Assembly (NCBI GenBank): GCA_964016885.1
Contig: OZ024740.1
Coordinates: 199,020,001 to 199,084,000, forward strand
Direction of reading: 5' to 3'
DNA length: 64,000 bases
Source: Eledone cirrhosa
Lineage: Eukaryota
Under the pieces are notes generated by a model, which worked only from the letters and a program-made list of their open reading frames with translations, did not search any database and was not told where the DNA came from. Both the position numbers and the translations under genes were made by a program. Positions 12,337-26,859 of this stretch are shown piece after piece (the first letter of the stretch is position 1; each line of letters opens with the position of its first letter).

Positions 12337-12560
12337 GAAGGTGTGTGTTCTGATTGGTTAGAGAACTGGATTCGCAAGCGTATGGTTGTCAGTTCGATTC
12401 CTGGACCGGGTGATGCGTCATGTCCTTGAGCAAGACACTTTATTTTACGTTGCTCCTTCTACCTGAAGTTGCGACCGATAGATAGTATTAGCAATGGGAA
12501 AGACCAACGGAAACATTGTTTCCCCGGTCCGATTTCACAGAAGTCGAACGATCTGCACCT
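12337..12560 (+). mobile_element. tRNA-derived SINE, family 2
   Basis: TGGTTAGAG..GATTCGCAA..GTTCGATTCCTGG tRNA head, then GTCCTTGAGCAAGACACTTTA central domain; homologous to 63596-63810. Confidence 0.85.
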
Positions 12561-12806
12561 CCTCATGCTAGACTACGCTGAGCATAAGTAACTGGCAAGC
12601 TAAGCTGCCTCTTCCATTCTTTGTTTCGCATACAGAAATATCCACGGTTAGTTGTGGAGTCTAGTCTGCATGAAGAACTGAATGTAATTGAAAATGTTCT
12701 AGTTTAAAATAAATCCCGGGAAACAATAAAAGATCAACGGGAAAACAGAGTCATGATATAATTTAAAACAATGTAATAAAAATTCAAGTCATTAGAAATA
12801 GATTTC

Positions 12807-12908
12807 ACTGCTTTACGATCGTTTCTATTTAGTTATCGATCTATGTAGGATTAGTTACAAAATATCAAATAAGGAATATATTTACCTACATGTGTATCAT
12901 CAGCCGTT
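12807..12908 (-). ncRNA. Degenerate hammerhead with long stem II (sister copy at 16447-16575 +)
   Basis: CTGATGA-TA..ATGTAGG...CCTACAT..TA-GAAA-CGATCG-TA; palindromic ACGATCGT stem III; stem I poorly paired. Confidence 0.5.
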
Positions 12909-13828
12909 GTCAAACGCAATAGTAATTTATTGAAAATCAATAGTAAATTTAGTTCTATGACCTTATTTGGAGGTAGCTGAAGAACAAACCAATCAAATTG
13001 TTTTTTGCAAGAGGATGTTAAGATGAAATATAACTCACTTTAGTTGAGGTCATGACCCTTTGAAAGGAATGGTTGAATGGTGTTAAAAATAGAATTACTA
13101 TAAAGAACTTAAGAAGAAAATGGATTGTTAAACTGATAGTGGAATGTAGATGGCGGAGTGAAGTTTAAAAAGGAATGTAAAAATTAAATGTTGTGTTGTG
13201 TTGTATGGCATTTTTAGGTGAATATAAATAAGTCATTATAAAATACACAGAGATAACTAGGATAAATATAGATAGGTAAAGCAATGGTCATAACTAGGAA
13301 GGATAGTATATATATTAAAAAATGAAAATTATAATAAGATAATAAAATACAATAATATAATAATATAATATAATGTAATATAATATAGTACAGTATGGTA
13401 CATTGTATATAGTATAATATAGCGTATGATGTATCATAAAATATAAAATAGTAATTATTTTCAATCGGTCAATGTATAACTAATCAAACTCAGATAAATG
13501 CATGTTGATATGTACTCAAAGCGCATAATTTTCTTAGATTACAAAAGTATATATATTCACAAATATAGATAGAGGTATAATTACATTGATACTCCATTAA
13601 AAACATGCATACGCATACATAGATATAAACATATACATACACACACAAACACACACATATATATATACATATATATATATATATACACACTTATGCATAC
13701 ATATATACATGTACACACACATAGATGTGCATACACATATACACACACATACACACATACATATACATATACACACATATATACACACATATACACACAT
13801 ACACACACACACACACACAAACACACAA

Positions 13829-13862
<34 letters not shown>

Positions 13863-15245
13863 TCTCTTATCATACATACATAGATACATGTATACCCATG
13901 CAATTACAGGTGGTAATGTACCTTGATGCCCTTAGTCAGTAACGCATGAATCTATGGAAGCTAAAAAATTAAAAGGTTAAACAATTAAAGAACAAACAAG
14001 AAGGCATATAATTAGGGGAAAGGGATACTAATAAATGGCACATCGCATAGAACTATAGTGAGTTGTTATTTAGAGTGTTTAATTAGGTTTATAGTACTTA
14101 AATGTTTTTCGTATACGGTGATTACAAGCTATAATCAGTTCCAGTCTTTTATTCAATAAATCGTCCTTAGATTTAGTAATTTCCAAAATCTCCGCGGAAC
14201 ATAATCTGCATTCTCTTCTGTTCCCAAGATATGGAGTTCTTTTCAGAATGGTATCCTACGATAGCTTGAAATCTATTTTTTTTCTTTTTATAGTTTTTAG
14301 CTTCAGCAAAAGATGTGGTGTTAGCTAGATTAGTGTTGTTAAAGCTACTGGAGAGTGTGTAATATCTTTTCTTAAATGTGTTCGATGTAGATCCTATATT
14401 TGATTTGTTGGAGTCAGTAGTGGATATAAAGAAAAAAATTCATATACCCCCAACATTACTATGGACCATACTACAAAACCTAACAAAAACTACAAACACC
14501 AAAAAATACCATCGAAACAAATGCCTAATGTGTCATTCCTATCACACCAAACAACCGAAAACCACAACAGCTATTACTACACGATCTATGACTAATGTTA
14601 TCAACTCACATATGACTACCAAACATTCAACTTCTCATAATCTACCCAATAATAACACAAAATACAACCACTGCTATTTACCAAATTCCATAAATACAAA
14701 TACTAGCCATAATAACTCTTCAAGAACACAGCAAATTAATATAAGTGGGAATAAGAACTTAACTAAAAACTGCAAAAGAAAGATAACATGATACAACGCA
14801 CCCTTCAACCTGTCAATAACTATAAAAAGAAAAAAATGATTTCAAGCCATCGTATGATACCATTCTGCAAAGAACTCCATATCTTGGGAACAGAAGAGAA
14901 TGCAGATTATGTCCGGGAGATCTTGGAAATTACTAAATCTAAGGACGATTTATTGAATAAAAGACAGGAACTGATTATAGCTTGTAATCACCGTATAAGA
15001 AAAACATTTAAGTACTATAAACCTAATTAAACACTCTAAATAACAACTCACTATAGTTCTATGTGACATACCATTTCTTAGTATCCCTTTCCACTAATTA
15101 TATGCCTCCTGTTTATTCTTTAATTTTTTAACCTTTTAATTTTTTAGCTTCCATAGATTCATGCGTTACTGACTAAGAGCATCAAGGTACATTACCACCT
15201 GTAATTGCTTGGGTATACATGTATCTATGTATGTATGATAAGAGA

Positions 15246-15295
<50 letters not shown>

Positions 15296-15379
15296 GTGGG
15301 TATATGTGTATGTGTGTGTATATATGTGTATGCACATCTAAGTGTGTGTATATGAACATATGTATTATACGTGTGTGTG

Positions 15380-15487
<108 letters not shown>

Positions 15488-15799
15488 TGTGCGTGCGTGT
15501 ATGTGTTTGTATATGTCTATATCTATGTATGCGCATGTAGGTTTTTAATGGAGTATCAATGTAATTATACCTTTATCTATATATGTGAATATATGTACTT
15601 TTGTGATCTAAGAAAATGATGCGCTTTGATTATATGTCAACATGCATTTATCTGAGTTTGATTACTTATACATTGACCCATTTGAAAATAATTACTATTT
15701 TATATTTTATGATACGTCATACGCTATATTATACTAGATACAATGTACCATACTGTACTATATTATATTACATTATGTTATATTATTATAATATAATAA

Positions 15800-15986
15800 G
15801 GGCGTGGATTGGCAGTATCGGTAGGGGGTCGGACGACATGCTTTGACGCATAGAGTTACGGCTCTTGCCATTCTGAGTTCAAATCCTGCGAGGTTAACTT
15901 TGCCTTTCATCCTTATGGGGTCGATAAAATAAAGTACCAGTAATACACTGGGTAATTGCTGGCCTTGTGCCAAAAGTAGAAACAAT
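15800..15986 (+). mobile_element. SINE family 1 inserted in the right arm of the palindrome
   Basis: Full-length copy; no counterpart at ~13370 in the left arm. Confidence 0.9.
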
Positions 15987-17031
15987 TATATCATATTATT
16001 ATATTATTATATTTTATTATCTTATTATAATTTTCATCTTTTAATATACTATCCTTCCTAGTTATGACCATTACTTTACCTATCTATATTTATCCTAGTT
16101 ATCTCTGTGTATTTTATATTTACTTATTTATATTCACCTAAAAATGACATACGACACAACCCAACATTTAATTTTTACATTCCTTTTTTAAACTTCACTC
16201 CACCATCTACATTCCACTATCAATATAACAATCCCTTTTCTTCATAAGTGTATATAGTAATTCTATTTTTAATACCATTCTTCCATTCCTTTCAAAGGGT
16301 CATGACCTCAACAAATGTAAGTTATATTTCATCTTAACATCATATGGCAAAAAACAATTTGATTGGTTTGTTCTTCAGCTACCTCCAAATACAGGCATAG
16401 AACTCAATTTACTATTGATTTTGAATAAATTTCCATTGCTTTTGACAACGGCTGATGATACACATGTAGGTAAATATATTCCTTATTTGATATTTTGTAA
16501 CTAACCCCACATAGATCGATAACGAAATATGTGTACGATGTATTATTATCACTTAGAATCGATCGTAATGCAGTGAAGTATATTTCTAATGACTTGAATT
16601 TTTTTTTCATTGTTTTAACTTATATATATATATCTTTATATATATATATATATATGTCATTTTGTAAATTTTCTACTCTAACCATAAATTTTCAGTAACA
16701 CCACTCCACATAAATTCCTCAATTTAAGAATGACCTGTAGTATCCATTTCATGCTATTAAACCTAATTGAATATATATCTGACCAGGAATGCTTTTTGTG
16801 AAAATCAGTCATATGGAACTATTATCAGGTGGCCTGACGGTTTGAACATTACAACACCCCCTGCCTCTTTGAGGTCAAATAACAACCCTACTACCATCCA
16901 CAAACTGACCAATGAGAATTATGATTATTCCAGCTGACAACATTAATTTATTCCTAACAAGCTCATATGTCCCAAGGCTCTGATACCATTAACACCATAA
17001 ACACAGAGCTTGCATATCTAAGAACTGAATA

Positions 17032-17087
17032 ATTGCCTGATGAAGTCATAGCCATTCAATAGCTATCATCGAAATATATATAGCAGT
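17032..17087 (+). ncRNA. Type I hammerhead ribozyme in a ~480-bp (TA)n-flanked non-coding insert (16657-17132)
   Basis: ATTGC-CTGATGA-AGTCATAGC(CATTCAATA)GCTATCATC-GAAA-TATATA-TA-GCAGT; palindromic ATATATAT stem III. Confidence 0.75.
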
Positions 17088-17247
17088 AAATAAAGGATAA
17101 TGAGTTCATGCAATTGACTTATGTTTCGTCACTATATATATATATATATATATATTAAAATAACAGATTAAAGTTTAAGTAAAGAATCACTACTCTAAAC
17201 CTTAATGGGATCTTCTGAAACATTTATAATTATTATTATTATTATTG

Positions 17248-20200
17248 TTTTTGTGTCTAAGTCATTGATGTTAGTTAACTGGAAAGTTTTTTGAAATGAA
17301 TATCAAGCCACTACCTGCAGCCTCAGATATTCAGGACGTATCGGAGGGTTCTCGCTGTTCCCAGCAAGCATGTCTTTTGAAGTGTTCCAAAAAGCGGGGC
17401 GGGGCCAATTTTCTTTAACCATCCCTGGAAACTTTTTGAGATAGTACCTAGTGCGCCTATGACAATCGGGACCACTTTGACTTCATGGCAGTTCCAAATC
17501 CTTTTTACCTCCCACTTTAAGTCCTGGTATCGGTTAATTTTCTCCCTCTCCTTCTCTTGCACTCTCGTGTCGAATGGACAGGCCACATCCATAATCAGGC
17601 ACGATCTTTTTTCCTTGTCCAAATCCACCATGTCAGGTCTATTGTGTTCCAGTTTTTTGTCCGTCTGTATTCTAAAATCTCACAGCACCTTCACCTGATC
17701 GTTTTCTATCACCGACTCTGGCTTATGCTCATACCACTTCTCAGAATGTGGTACATTGTTTACTTTGCATAGGTGCCAGTGGTTCACCCTGCCCATCACA
17801 TCATGTCTGAAGCCTTTATAGTGAGTCTGGGCTAGGTGTTTACACTCGGATACAATGTGAGTCACAGTCACCTCTCTCTCTCCACACATCCTGCAAAGTG
17901 GGCTAGCCTCCTCCTTGTAAATATGGTGTTTCAGCCACTTCCTTTTGGGGGCCTGCTCTTGCGCTGCCATTAGCATTCCTACTGTAGCCTGTTTAAGGTC
18001 TCCTCTTCTCAACCAGTTCCATATCTGTGGATCTCTGAATTCCGTTTTCTCAAAGAAGGTACTATGAAGGGATTTTTCATGAAGGTTGCTCTTTCTCCAT
18101 TTGTTATTTTCTCCTTGGACATCCCCTGGTCTATTGTCCTCTCCTTCAGTACAATTCTGAGCATTGGCTCCCAACTGTCAGTCACGTATTTGTGCAGGCT
18201 GTTTTTCTCCATCTGAACACAGTCCTCTATGCTGATAAGACCTCTTCCAACTTCAGATCGCTTTAAGTAGAGTCTATCGACATCACTCCTCTTGTGGAAC
18301 ATGTTGTAGATAGTCAATAGCTTCCTAGTCTTTCTATCCATTTCTTTTTGTTCAGCAACATTACATTTCAGTGTTCCCGCACTGTACCTAATAACAGACA
18401 CAGCTCGGGAATTTACTGCACTTATGGCATTCCTACTATTTAGATGTGATTTTAATACGCTCCTTACTCTACTAATGTACTCAGATATTATCAATCCCTT
18501 CATTCTTTTGTTCTTGATGTGATCAGCCTCCAGAACACCGAAATAATTGCATCCTTCTTCAGTGTCAATTTCCTTTATCATCTCACCTGTTGGTACCTGG
18601 ATTCCGTTACTTCTGCTCAACTTACCCCTCTTCATCACAATGACTCCACACTTACTAATACCAAATTCCATATATATATCATTGCTGAAAATACAGACAG
18701 TGTCAACAAGTACATCCAACTCCTTCTCACTCTTCCCAAAGAGTTTAAGATCGTCCATGAAGAGGAGGTGGCTGATGGTAAGCTCTCCCTTTCCCAACTT
18801 GTATCCTGCTCTCACTTTTCGCAATATAATCGTCAGTGTTATCAGGGCAAGGGCAAACAACAGAAGGAACAGACTAACTCCCTGGAAGATACCTCTCTTG
18901 ATCTTCACGCCTCCCAAGGTTTCTCCAGCTGATGTTAATTCAATTTCCCAGGACGTCATACTTTTGCTCAACAAATGTCTGATGTTATCTGCCACATTGA
19001 AGATCTCTAGGCTTTTGGTTATCTAAGAATGAGGTACCATGTCGAATGCCTTTTTGTAGTCTATACATCCCATGTCAAGATCAGTGTGTCTCCTCTTGCA
19101 ATTCCTCATTACCATCTTATCAATAAGTAGCTGGTCTTTTGTACCACGGGACTTCTTTCGGCATCCTTTCTGTTCGTCCGGTAACAAGTTGTTTGTGTGG
19201 AGATGATGGTAGATTTCCTCAGACACAATGCTTGTTAACAGTTTCCACATTACGGACAGACATGTGATAGGTCTATAGTTGGTAACATCATTACCCTTGG
19301 ATCGGTCTTTCATTACCAGAACTGAGGTAGCTTTTGTCAACCACTCTGGTACCTCACCTGACATCAAGCAGTCATTGAACATGGTTGTCAGTTTCGGGTG
19401 GAGGGATGTTATATTTTTAATCCAATACCCCTGCACACCATCTGGGCCTGGTGATTTCCAGTTGGTTTCAAGAGTTTCAACTGTGATACTGAAGTCAGTT
19501 TGTTGGTGTGCCTAATCTCCTTCTGTACTGTTTCAATCCACACTACCTGGTCATTATGTTTAACATCCTGCTCCCATATTCCTCTCCAGAATGTTTTAGT
19601 TTATTCCGCCTCAGGGATCAAGTCGTTGCCTCTTTCCTTCCCCTCAAGCTGTCCAAACAGCATCTTCTGGTTGTTGTCAAACATGCGGTTCTGTCTATAC
19701 TGACTGACTCTGCTCTCGTATCGCCTAATTTTTGCACTTTTTGCTACAATGCGTTGCTTCAGGTCCTCTATGATAATATTTAGCTTTTTCCTCCTAGTTT
19801 TGTACTTTATTTCAGTCTATTTTTAGTGTCTATGTTTTTTAGTGTCCCATTCAGTAGGGATTCAAGCTTTCCAATGTCATTTCTCATTTCCCTGATTTGA
19901 CCACTCAGTCGTTTCTTCCACCAAGGCTAGGATCTTTCTTGTTTGGTGTTTCCTCTCACTTTTATACCAAGTAATTTCCTCACCGCATTTGCTGTTGCTT
20001 TGAGGATATTGTAGCACTGGTGAAGGCTCCTCGCCTCAAGGTATGGGATGACTTTGTTTACCTTAGCTGTTGTTTCTTTTAACTTTTTCCTGTCTACAAA
20101 TCTTAGGTTCATAGGTTTCCCACTATCATTGTTCAATTCATCTACCACTAAGTTTAGGATATCAACCAAATCTTGTCCTAACCCGTCAGCATTCATCTCC

Positions 20201-20830
20201 TCAATGGCCGTATCTTTGTTCCAGGTATTATTTATTTCAGTATTCAGATCATTGTCTGCTTCGGATGGTTCCTCCGTTCTCTCAAACTCTTCACCTTCAT
20301 TTCCCACTGGCCCGTTTGCCTCGCATACTCCACTCTCCATTTCCAACCTAATCTCTCTGCTAAGTTCCTCCAGTTCCAGCTCGCTTATCCACCCATTAGT
20401 TCTTATTTCCCGAGCCTACCCGGCCAATTTTTGTTCATCTAATTTAAATAGACCAATCTCGTTCCAGATGTTATGCATCCGTTTCCTATAGCCTTTCTCC
20501 CTGGGTTACTCTTCAGGTAACATTGCATAACAGTTCTATTCAATTCTTTCGTCCAGTTGGTTCTGGTCCCTTTCCTTCTTCTTCTTCCTCGACACCAGCA
20601 GTATTTGGTTGACAGCCAGGTCCCTGCTGCTGAGCCAGGGAGCATCTGCTGGCTGAGAGTCTGTCACATGACATTCTAGTCTTCACTTCACCGTTATTCG
20701 AACTGTTTAGGTTCGACATTTAAACACTCTTATCGAGGATTGGTGAATGTATGGTTACATAACCACCGGTGATTTCATCACCTCCGGTGATTTCATCACT
20801 CCTGGTGATTTTGGTGTGGCACTATCACGC
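17248..20830 (-). mobile_element. Near full-length R4/Dong-clade non-LTR retrotransposon (single degraded ORF ~20719-17323: RT, CCHC, restriction-like endonuclease)
   Basis: WTKELNRTVMQCYLKSNP N-terminus; NYRPITCLS..WKLLT, EQKGCRK..RGTKDQLLID, IDYKKAFDMVPH, RGIFQG, HLLFMDDLKL; CRMC...H...C; RPDMVDLDK...IMDVACPFD...EKINRYQDL; 3' end in (TAA)n. Confidence 0.92.
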
Positions 20831-22058
20831 TGTAGACGAACATAAATAAACAAACAAACAAACAGGCAAAAAAACAAAACAAAAAAGAATAAACATAAGT
20901 TTCATTGTAATGTAATGTTTGAATGTCTGACTTAGTTTTTCCCTTCCCTTCTCAGTCCATCCGTTTGTTCTTCTTTTCATTTTTCTTTTCTTTACGTTTT
21001 TCGTTGTTGCTGTGCTGCTTTGATTTTTTGATTTTTAGTTTTTTGATTTTTTGACCGGGTCTTCAAATCAGACTATTTATATATTTTGATGCCTTCCTCT
21101 TTTAGTGGGGACACTACGATGTAGCAGGAGGTCGTGGGAGAGAATAGCGGCGGTAGTTATAATGAGGCAGTGGTGGTGGTGGTGGTGCTGTGCTAGTAGT
21201 ACTTAGCAGGAGGTAGTGGGAGATAATAGCGGCGGTAGTGATAATGAGGCAGTGGTGTTGGTGATGTGATCGTAGTACTGTAGTGATGGTGTTGAAGTTG
21301 AAGTAGAAATAGAATGTAGGTAACTTGACTAGAGTTTTTAGCGTGGTAGTGGTGGTGGTGTTGGTGGTGAAATTATCTTGTCTGTCCACTTAGCCATTTA
21401 GCTATTTAGCTATTTAGTCATTTTGCCATTTTCCTCCTTTTCGACTCTAACATTGCTGATCCAAAATTAAATATTAATATTGTTTATTAATATTGTCTAG
21501 TGATACCGCCACCTTCCCCTTTCGTAAGTTAACAGAAGGTAATGGGGGAATAGCGGTGATAGCAATGAAGGAGTGGTGGCGGCGGTGACGGATAGTGGTA
21601 GCAATGATGGATGGAGTGGAGGCGGCGGTGACTATAGTGATGGCGTTGTCGTTACTGAGTTTTGTTGAATAGACTGTAGTTTGTTTGATCGGTGAATCTA
21701 TGCGGTTAGTCGCGTATGTTTAATATGTGTTGACATATTTCCCTTAATATTGGAATTAAACATTTTGTGAAAACTAAGACAATAATAATACTAATTATTA
21801 TTATTATGCTGGGATTGGTGGTGGTGGTGGTGGTGAAATTGCCGTTATCTGGCTGTTGTATTTAGTGTACACAGAGGGGTGATGGGATAGGTGGTGTATC
21901 TAATTTGTGTTGTTGGTGAAATTGCTGTTATTTGGCTGTTCTATATAGTGTAGACAGAGGGGGTTTTCTTCCATTTTTAACCATTTTCTTTTTTGAATAT
22001 AAAATGTATAATACAAAATTAAATATTTGAGTGATATAACAGAATATTATGGATCCGA

Positions 22059-22096
<38 letters not shown>

Positions 22097-23803
22097 AATT
22101 GCATTTATCTTGCTTTATGTTCATACGAGTTATCACCAAGTCACAACCAGTGACCTCAAAAGACAACAAGGTCCGCCATCTTCAAGAAAGAACATACATA
22201 CTCACACATGCATCTTTAGTGTTTAGACTTGTGATGTACTTATATTGACAGAATATTCCTTAGTATATGGGCAGTTCCCATTAGTACTATCTTTTGTATT
22301 TCTCCTATACGCGGGTTTCCTGGGATTTGCGATAAGTAATCATTAGACCCCCTTAGGTATCATTCCCAGAGCGCCTACAACCACTGGTATTGTTTTAGTT
22401 CTCAATTTCCACATTTTTCCAATTTCTATCTCCAGGTCCTTATACTTGCTCAATTTTTCAAATGTTTTTATAGATACATTCTTGTCTATTGGAACGGATA
22501 TATCAATTAGCAGGCATACCCTCTTTTTAAAGCCCTTCAATATTATATCAGGTCTATTTGCATCTATTTTTAGGTCTGTTTGGATGCTAAAGTTCCACAA
22601 GATTGAGATGTGATCATTTTCAAGTATGGGAGGTGGTTGATGCTCCCACCAATTCTTTTGATGGGGCAGGTCAAAATGCTTACACATTATCCAATGTATG
22701 TATTGTGCAGCTCTGTCATGCCTGTTTAGGTATTCGGTTGGAGCTATAGGACTGCACATTGAAATTATATGGTCAATGGTCTCTGGTTGTTTTTTGCATA
22801 CACGGCATAATAGCTGCATCCATTTTTTATTATATTGGCTTGGTAATTTTTTGTTGGCAGACACTGAACTTGTGCTGATATAATCAGTCCTTCAGTCTCC
22901 GATTTCAGTCCAGAGGATGCCAACCACTGATGGGTTAAAGTTTTGTCAAAATCAGGATTGTTAGCTCGTTCTGGGTATTTTTCATACAGAGGCTTTTCTT
23001 GCCATTTCTTAGCCAGTTTCTGTAGCAGTTCTTTCTTTGCAGTTACTTTTACCTGCTTTGCTTTTTCTGTGTTTTCCATTTCAGCAGTAAATGGGACTTC
23101 TGAAATTTGTAGTCCATTACTGTATCTTTGTGCATCTTTTGTAATGGAATATGATCGATTCCCTTAGATATGTAGATAATCCAATTGTTGCAGTTTTCAA
23201 CGCAATATCTAACTGGATTAACCCACGTCCTCCTTCTTTCCTAGGGAGATATATTCTATCTATATCTGCCTTAGGGTGATGCATTCTGTGCATGGTTAAG
23301 AATTTTCGAATTATTGTATCGAGCCTACGGATCTCTGTGCTTGACCAATTGATGACATTGTAACTGTAGGTTACTACTGGTATGGCAAGCGTGTTTATGG
23401 CATCGATCCTATTCCTTGCATTCAATTCCGTTCTTAAGATTGCTCTTACTCTGCGGCAACATTTTTTCCTTATCCTTTCCCTCATTGTCGAGTGCTTGAT
23501 TCCGTCTCCTTCACAAACACCTAGATATTTGTAAGTTTTTTCTTGATCAAGTTCTCTTATCACGTTCCCCCGATCAAGATTAATGCCTGAACTCTTCAGC
23601 AGCTTTCCTCTGGTGAACGTATCTTTGCCGCATTTATATAGTCCAAACTCCATTTTAATGTCATCACTGAACTCTTCCACAGTGGATAATAGCCCTTGCA
23701 ATTGTTCATCATTTTTTGCAAATAGTTTCAGGTCATCCATGTAGAACAAGTGATTAATGTTTTTGTCATAGACTTTATATCCATGTTTTGTTTCATTGAG
23801 CAT
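22097..23803 (-). mobile_element. 5'-truncated R4/Dong-clade non-LTR retrotransposon (distinct family)
   Basis: HLFYMDDLKL, RIYLPRKEGGRGL, CRVC...HIISMC, NRPDII...LIDISVP...EKLSKYKDL...VVGALG; (TTA)n on both flanks. Confidence 0.92.
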
Positions 23804-23818
23804 TTATTATTATTATTA

Positions 23819-23866
<48 letters not shown>

Positions 23867-23986
23867 GCCATTCTGAGTTCAAATCCCGCTGAGGTTAACT
23901 TTGCCTTTCATCCTTACGGGGTCGATAAAATAAAGTACCAGTAATGCACTGGGTAATTGCTGGCCTTGTGCCAAAAGTAGAAACAA
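23867..23986 (+). mobile_element. SINE family 1, 5'-truncated, within (TTA)n
   Basis: GAGTTCAAATCCCGC...AAGTAGAAACAA. Confidence 0.9.
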
Positions 23987-24000
23987 TTATTATTATGATG

Positions 24001-24039
<39 letters not shown>

Positions 24040-24254
24040 GTCGACCTACGTAGTAAATCGTATCATCGTGAGCTCCGCAAAGGTTTGTTGTTTTTAGTTG
24101 TTTAAAATTGCCATTTATGGAAACATTTTATTGTTAACTGTATATAAGTGCACATACATTGTTTTCTGAAAAGGACATTCAAAAAGATTGGGGTCTTGAG
24201 CCCAAAATTTAAACTTTTATAATTATTTTAAAAAAAAAATTTCTTTGAAAAATC

Positions 24255-26250
24255 ATGGCCGACTCACGGTTGAACCAAGTAGCTGAGAGCCTTCCTCACA
24301 AACTAACACCTCACACCGACACCACCATTGTAAATATTACTATGTTTGCCAACACTAACAATGTAAGCAGTAGCAATATTTTAAATTTGTCTCAGGCAGA
24401 CATTCATTTCCCGCCATTACCAATGACTGCAGGTGTTAACGCCGCCACCCCCACCCCACCGCAGCGACAACAGAAACAAAAGAAAAAGATAAATTAACAC
24501 GTGATATCGAAATTAATTCAACCAAAATGAACTCTTCCACACCGAACACGACTGACGCCACCACCACCACAACGGAACCTAAGATTAACAATAACAAAAA
24601 TACCGAAAACAACAACAGCAACAATGAAATTAAGAAAACCACCCTGAGTTTTGCCAGAGTAGCAAAACAGTGCGAAGCATTCCAGGTAACTCAGGAGGAA
24701 TTAGAAGAAGCCAAATAAATGGTAAAGTGAGATGGGTACAGGGTCAGACCAATACACACACACACACACCTAATACAATGAAGCATCGGCGCCTATGCAC
24801 CGTGTCTTATCGAACGATTAACATAAAATCGCGCCGAGTGGAACGGGCATCCGAGTCCCAAATTCAAAAAGCTTTGGGACATGTGTGGGCAAAAAACCCC
24901 ACATCAGACGTGGGCAGAAATATGGAACCGTGGACGTGTTCTTTGAAACACCACAGGTGGCCAGAGAACACTCCATGGCCCCATTAAGAAGTGACGAATT
25001 CACACTCGTCCCAAGCTATTGTGGCCAGACTCGTGAAGATCAGGGTGACCCACGTTCCACCGGCCATCGAAATTCCCTGGCTAATAGCTGCCGTCCTCGC
25101 CGGCATCGAAGCCAACACCAAGATAATCGAAATAGCGAAAGAAAAGCAGGAGAACTGGTCCGGATCTGGGATGGAGCTCCTGATCCAAGCGAACCAAAAA
25201 AGCATTGAGGAGATCCCAGAGGTAATAGACCTCACTGACGGCAGCCACCTCACCGCAATCGTCGAGGGCAGAAGGCCTAAGTGTGTCGTTTGTGGCGAAG
25301 GAACCCACCTAAGGGCCTTCTGCCCTCAGGCTAAAAGGTTGAGGCCACCTCTCTTACCCACCCCAGTGACTCAACCATCAACACCACCAGCAACAGAGAT
25401 GGCAGCAACAACTGTAGCAGCAACAACAGAAGCAACTGTAACCGCAACAACCCAAGCAACAGTAGCAAAACCAACACCACCACCACCCAACGCGCCAGAA
25501 CTAGCACCAGCGCCTACACCATCCACCACGCCAAAACCCAAACTAACGCCTGTGGAGGATTTTCCACTCCCCGGCCTATCACAGCTGGAGACAGATTGTG
25601 ACGACGAGGAGTGGGAAACGGTATCAGGAAAAAAGAAAAAAAGAAACCAACAAAGAAAAAAATTCTCTTCTCTCCCCCTCCAAAAACTAAATACAGAGGG
25701 AAACAAATAAACTATCAAACAAAAAAGTTAGGACAGCTATGCCATCATCGACACCAGCATCACCAACCCCATCACCACAAACACCAACACCATCACCATC
25801 ATTAACCCCAACACCTCCAACACCAGAAAAGTCACCAAAAAGCAGAAACAGAAACAGAAACAGAAACAGAAACAAACCCACAACAAACGCAAACAAAACA
25901 AAACAACCAAAACTATACACACTACACAGCATTAAATTTGAAAAACAAGCAATTATTACACTACATCCAACACAACACCAGCATCACAGAAAAAGACTAC
26001 ACAACAACCCAAAAGTTCACACCACCTCCACACATACAAATCACTCGCACCACACAAAAACGTACACGACACTAAAACAAAAATTCCCCAAAGACATCGG
26101 AGACTTCCGACAAGCAATCTCCAGGAGGATTTATAAGAGCATCCTTCCGGAGGAGTCCACAGGCAGTGAAAATGATGGAGAAACTATCCTTCCTCTACGA
26201 CACAGGTTCCCAATCCATTTAGGCCAAACGCCCCCTTTTGTCCCTTGAAA
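24255..26250 (+). pseudogene. Degraded LINE ORF1 (gag-like, CCHC zinc knuckle), Tx1/L1-like
   Basis: SFARVA motif, ...AIVEGRRPKCVVCGEGTHLRAFCP (CX2CX4HX4C), Pro/Thr-rich tail, EEWETVSGKKKKR; several frameshifts. Confidence 0.7.
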
Positions 26251-26859
26251 TCATGAACCCCCCCCCCTACACACACACCCTATTTTTTCCATTTTTTAAT
26301 ATACTACTGATTTTGATATCAGTAGATTAATAAAAAATTGATTAACAATATTCAGGCAGCTGAGAGTATAAATACATTCCTTGAAAGGAAATATATAAAT
26401 TTAAAAAAAAGGAACATAAATGTTCTTTTTCATGAATAAGGACCAGTTGAATCTGTTATATTCCCACCAGGCGTTACCAGCTATTTTGAACATTTATACA
26501 AGAGCAATTCTGTCTATCCCAAGAGTGCTCTTATCTGGAAGAATGTGGCAATTATATCATTTCAAAGCTTTCCAATGTTCCCTTTAATGAAACGGACAGA
26601 ATAAATGTTGATATCAAACTTGATGTCCCCCTGCTTTGTGAGCTTAGAGACCACGGAAAAGGGTTTTCATGACCATACGGGAGGGTATATTTATTAATAA
26701 ATGTTAAAATATATACAATAAATGAGTAATTGAATTGTAGTAGATGATTTCCAGTCCAGTCAGACTGCAACTACAAATAAAAAAAATTGTTAGTTTGCTT
26801 TGTAACAATAGCATATCCAAGTTTTAGGATAAATCAACTTACTTTAACTTTGACTCATT

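Noticed and set aside
20720-21110. HDV-like ribozyme expected in the R4 5' UTR
   Set aside because: Could not identify the nested double pseudoknot by eye; needs an RNArobo/Infernal search
21114-22030. Degenerate GGT-rich modules ending CAAAATTAAATATT
   Set aside because: Low-complexity, loosely repeated; no element family or function supportable
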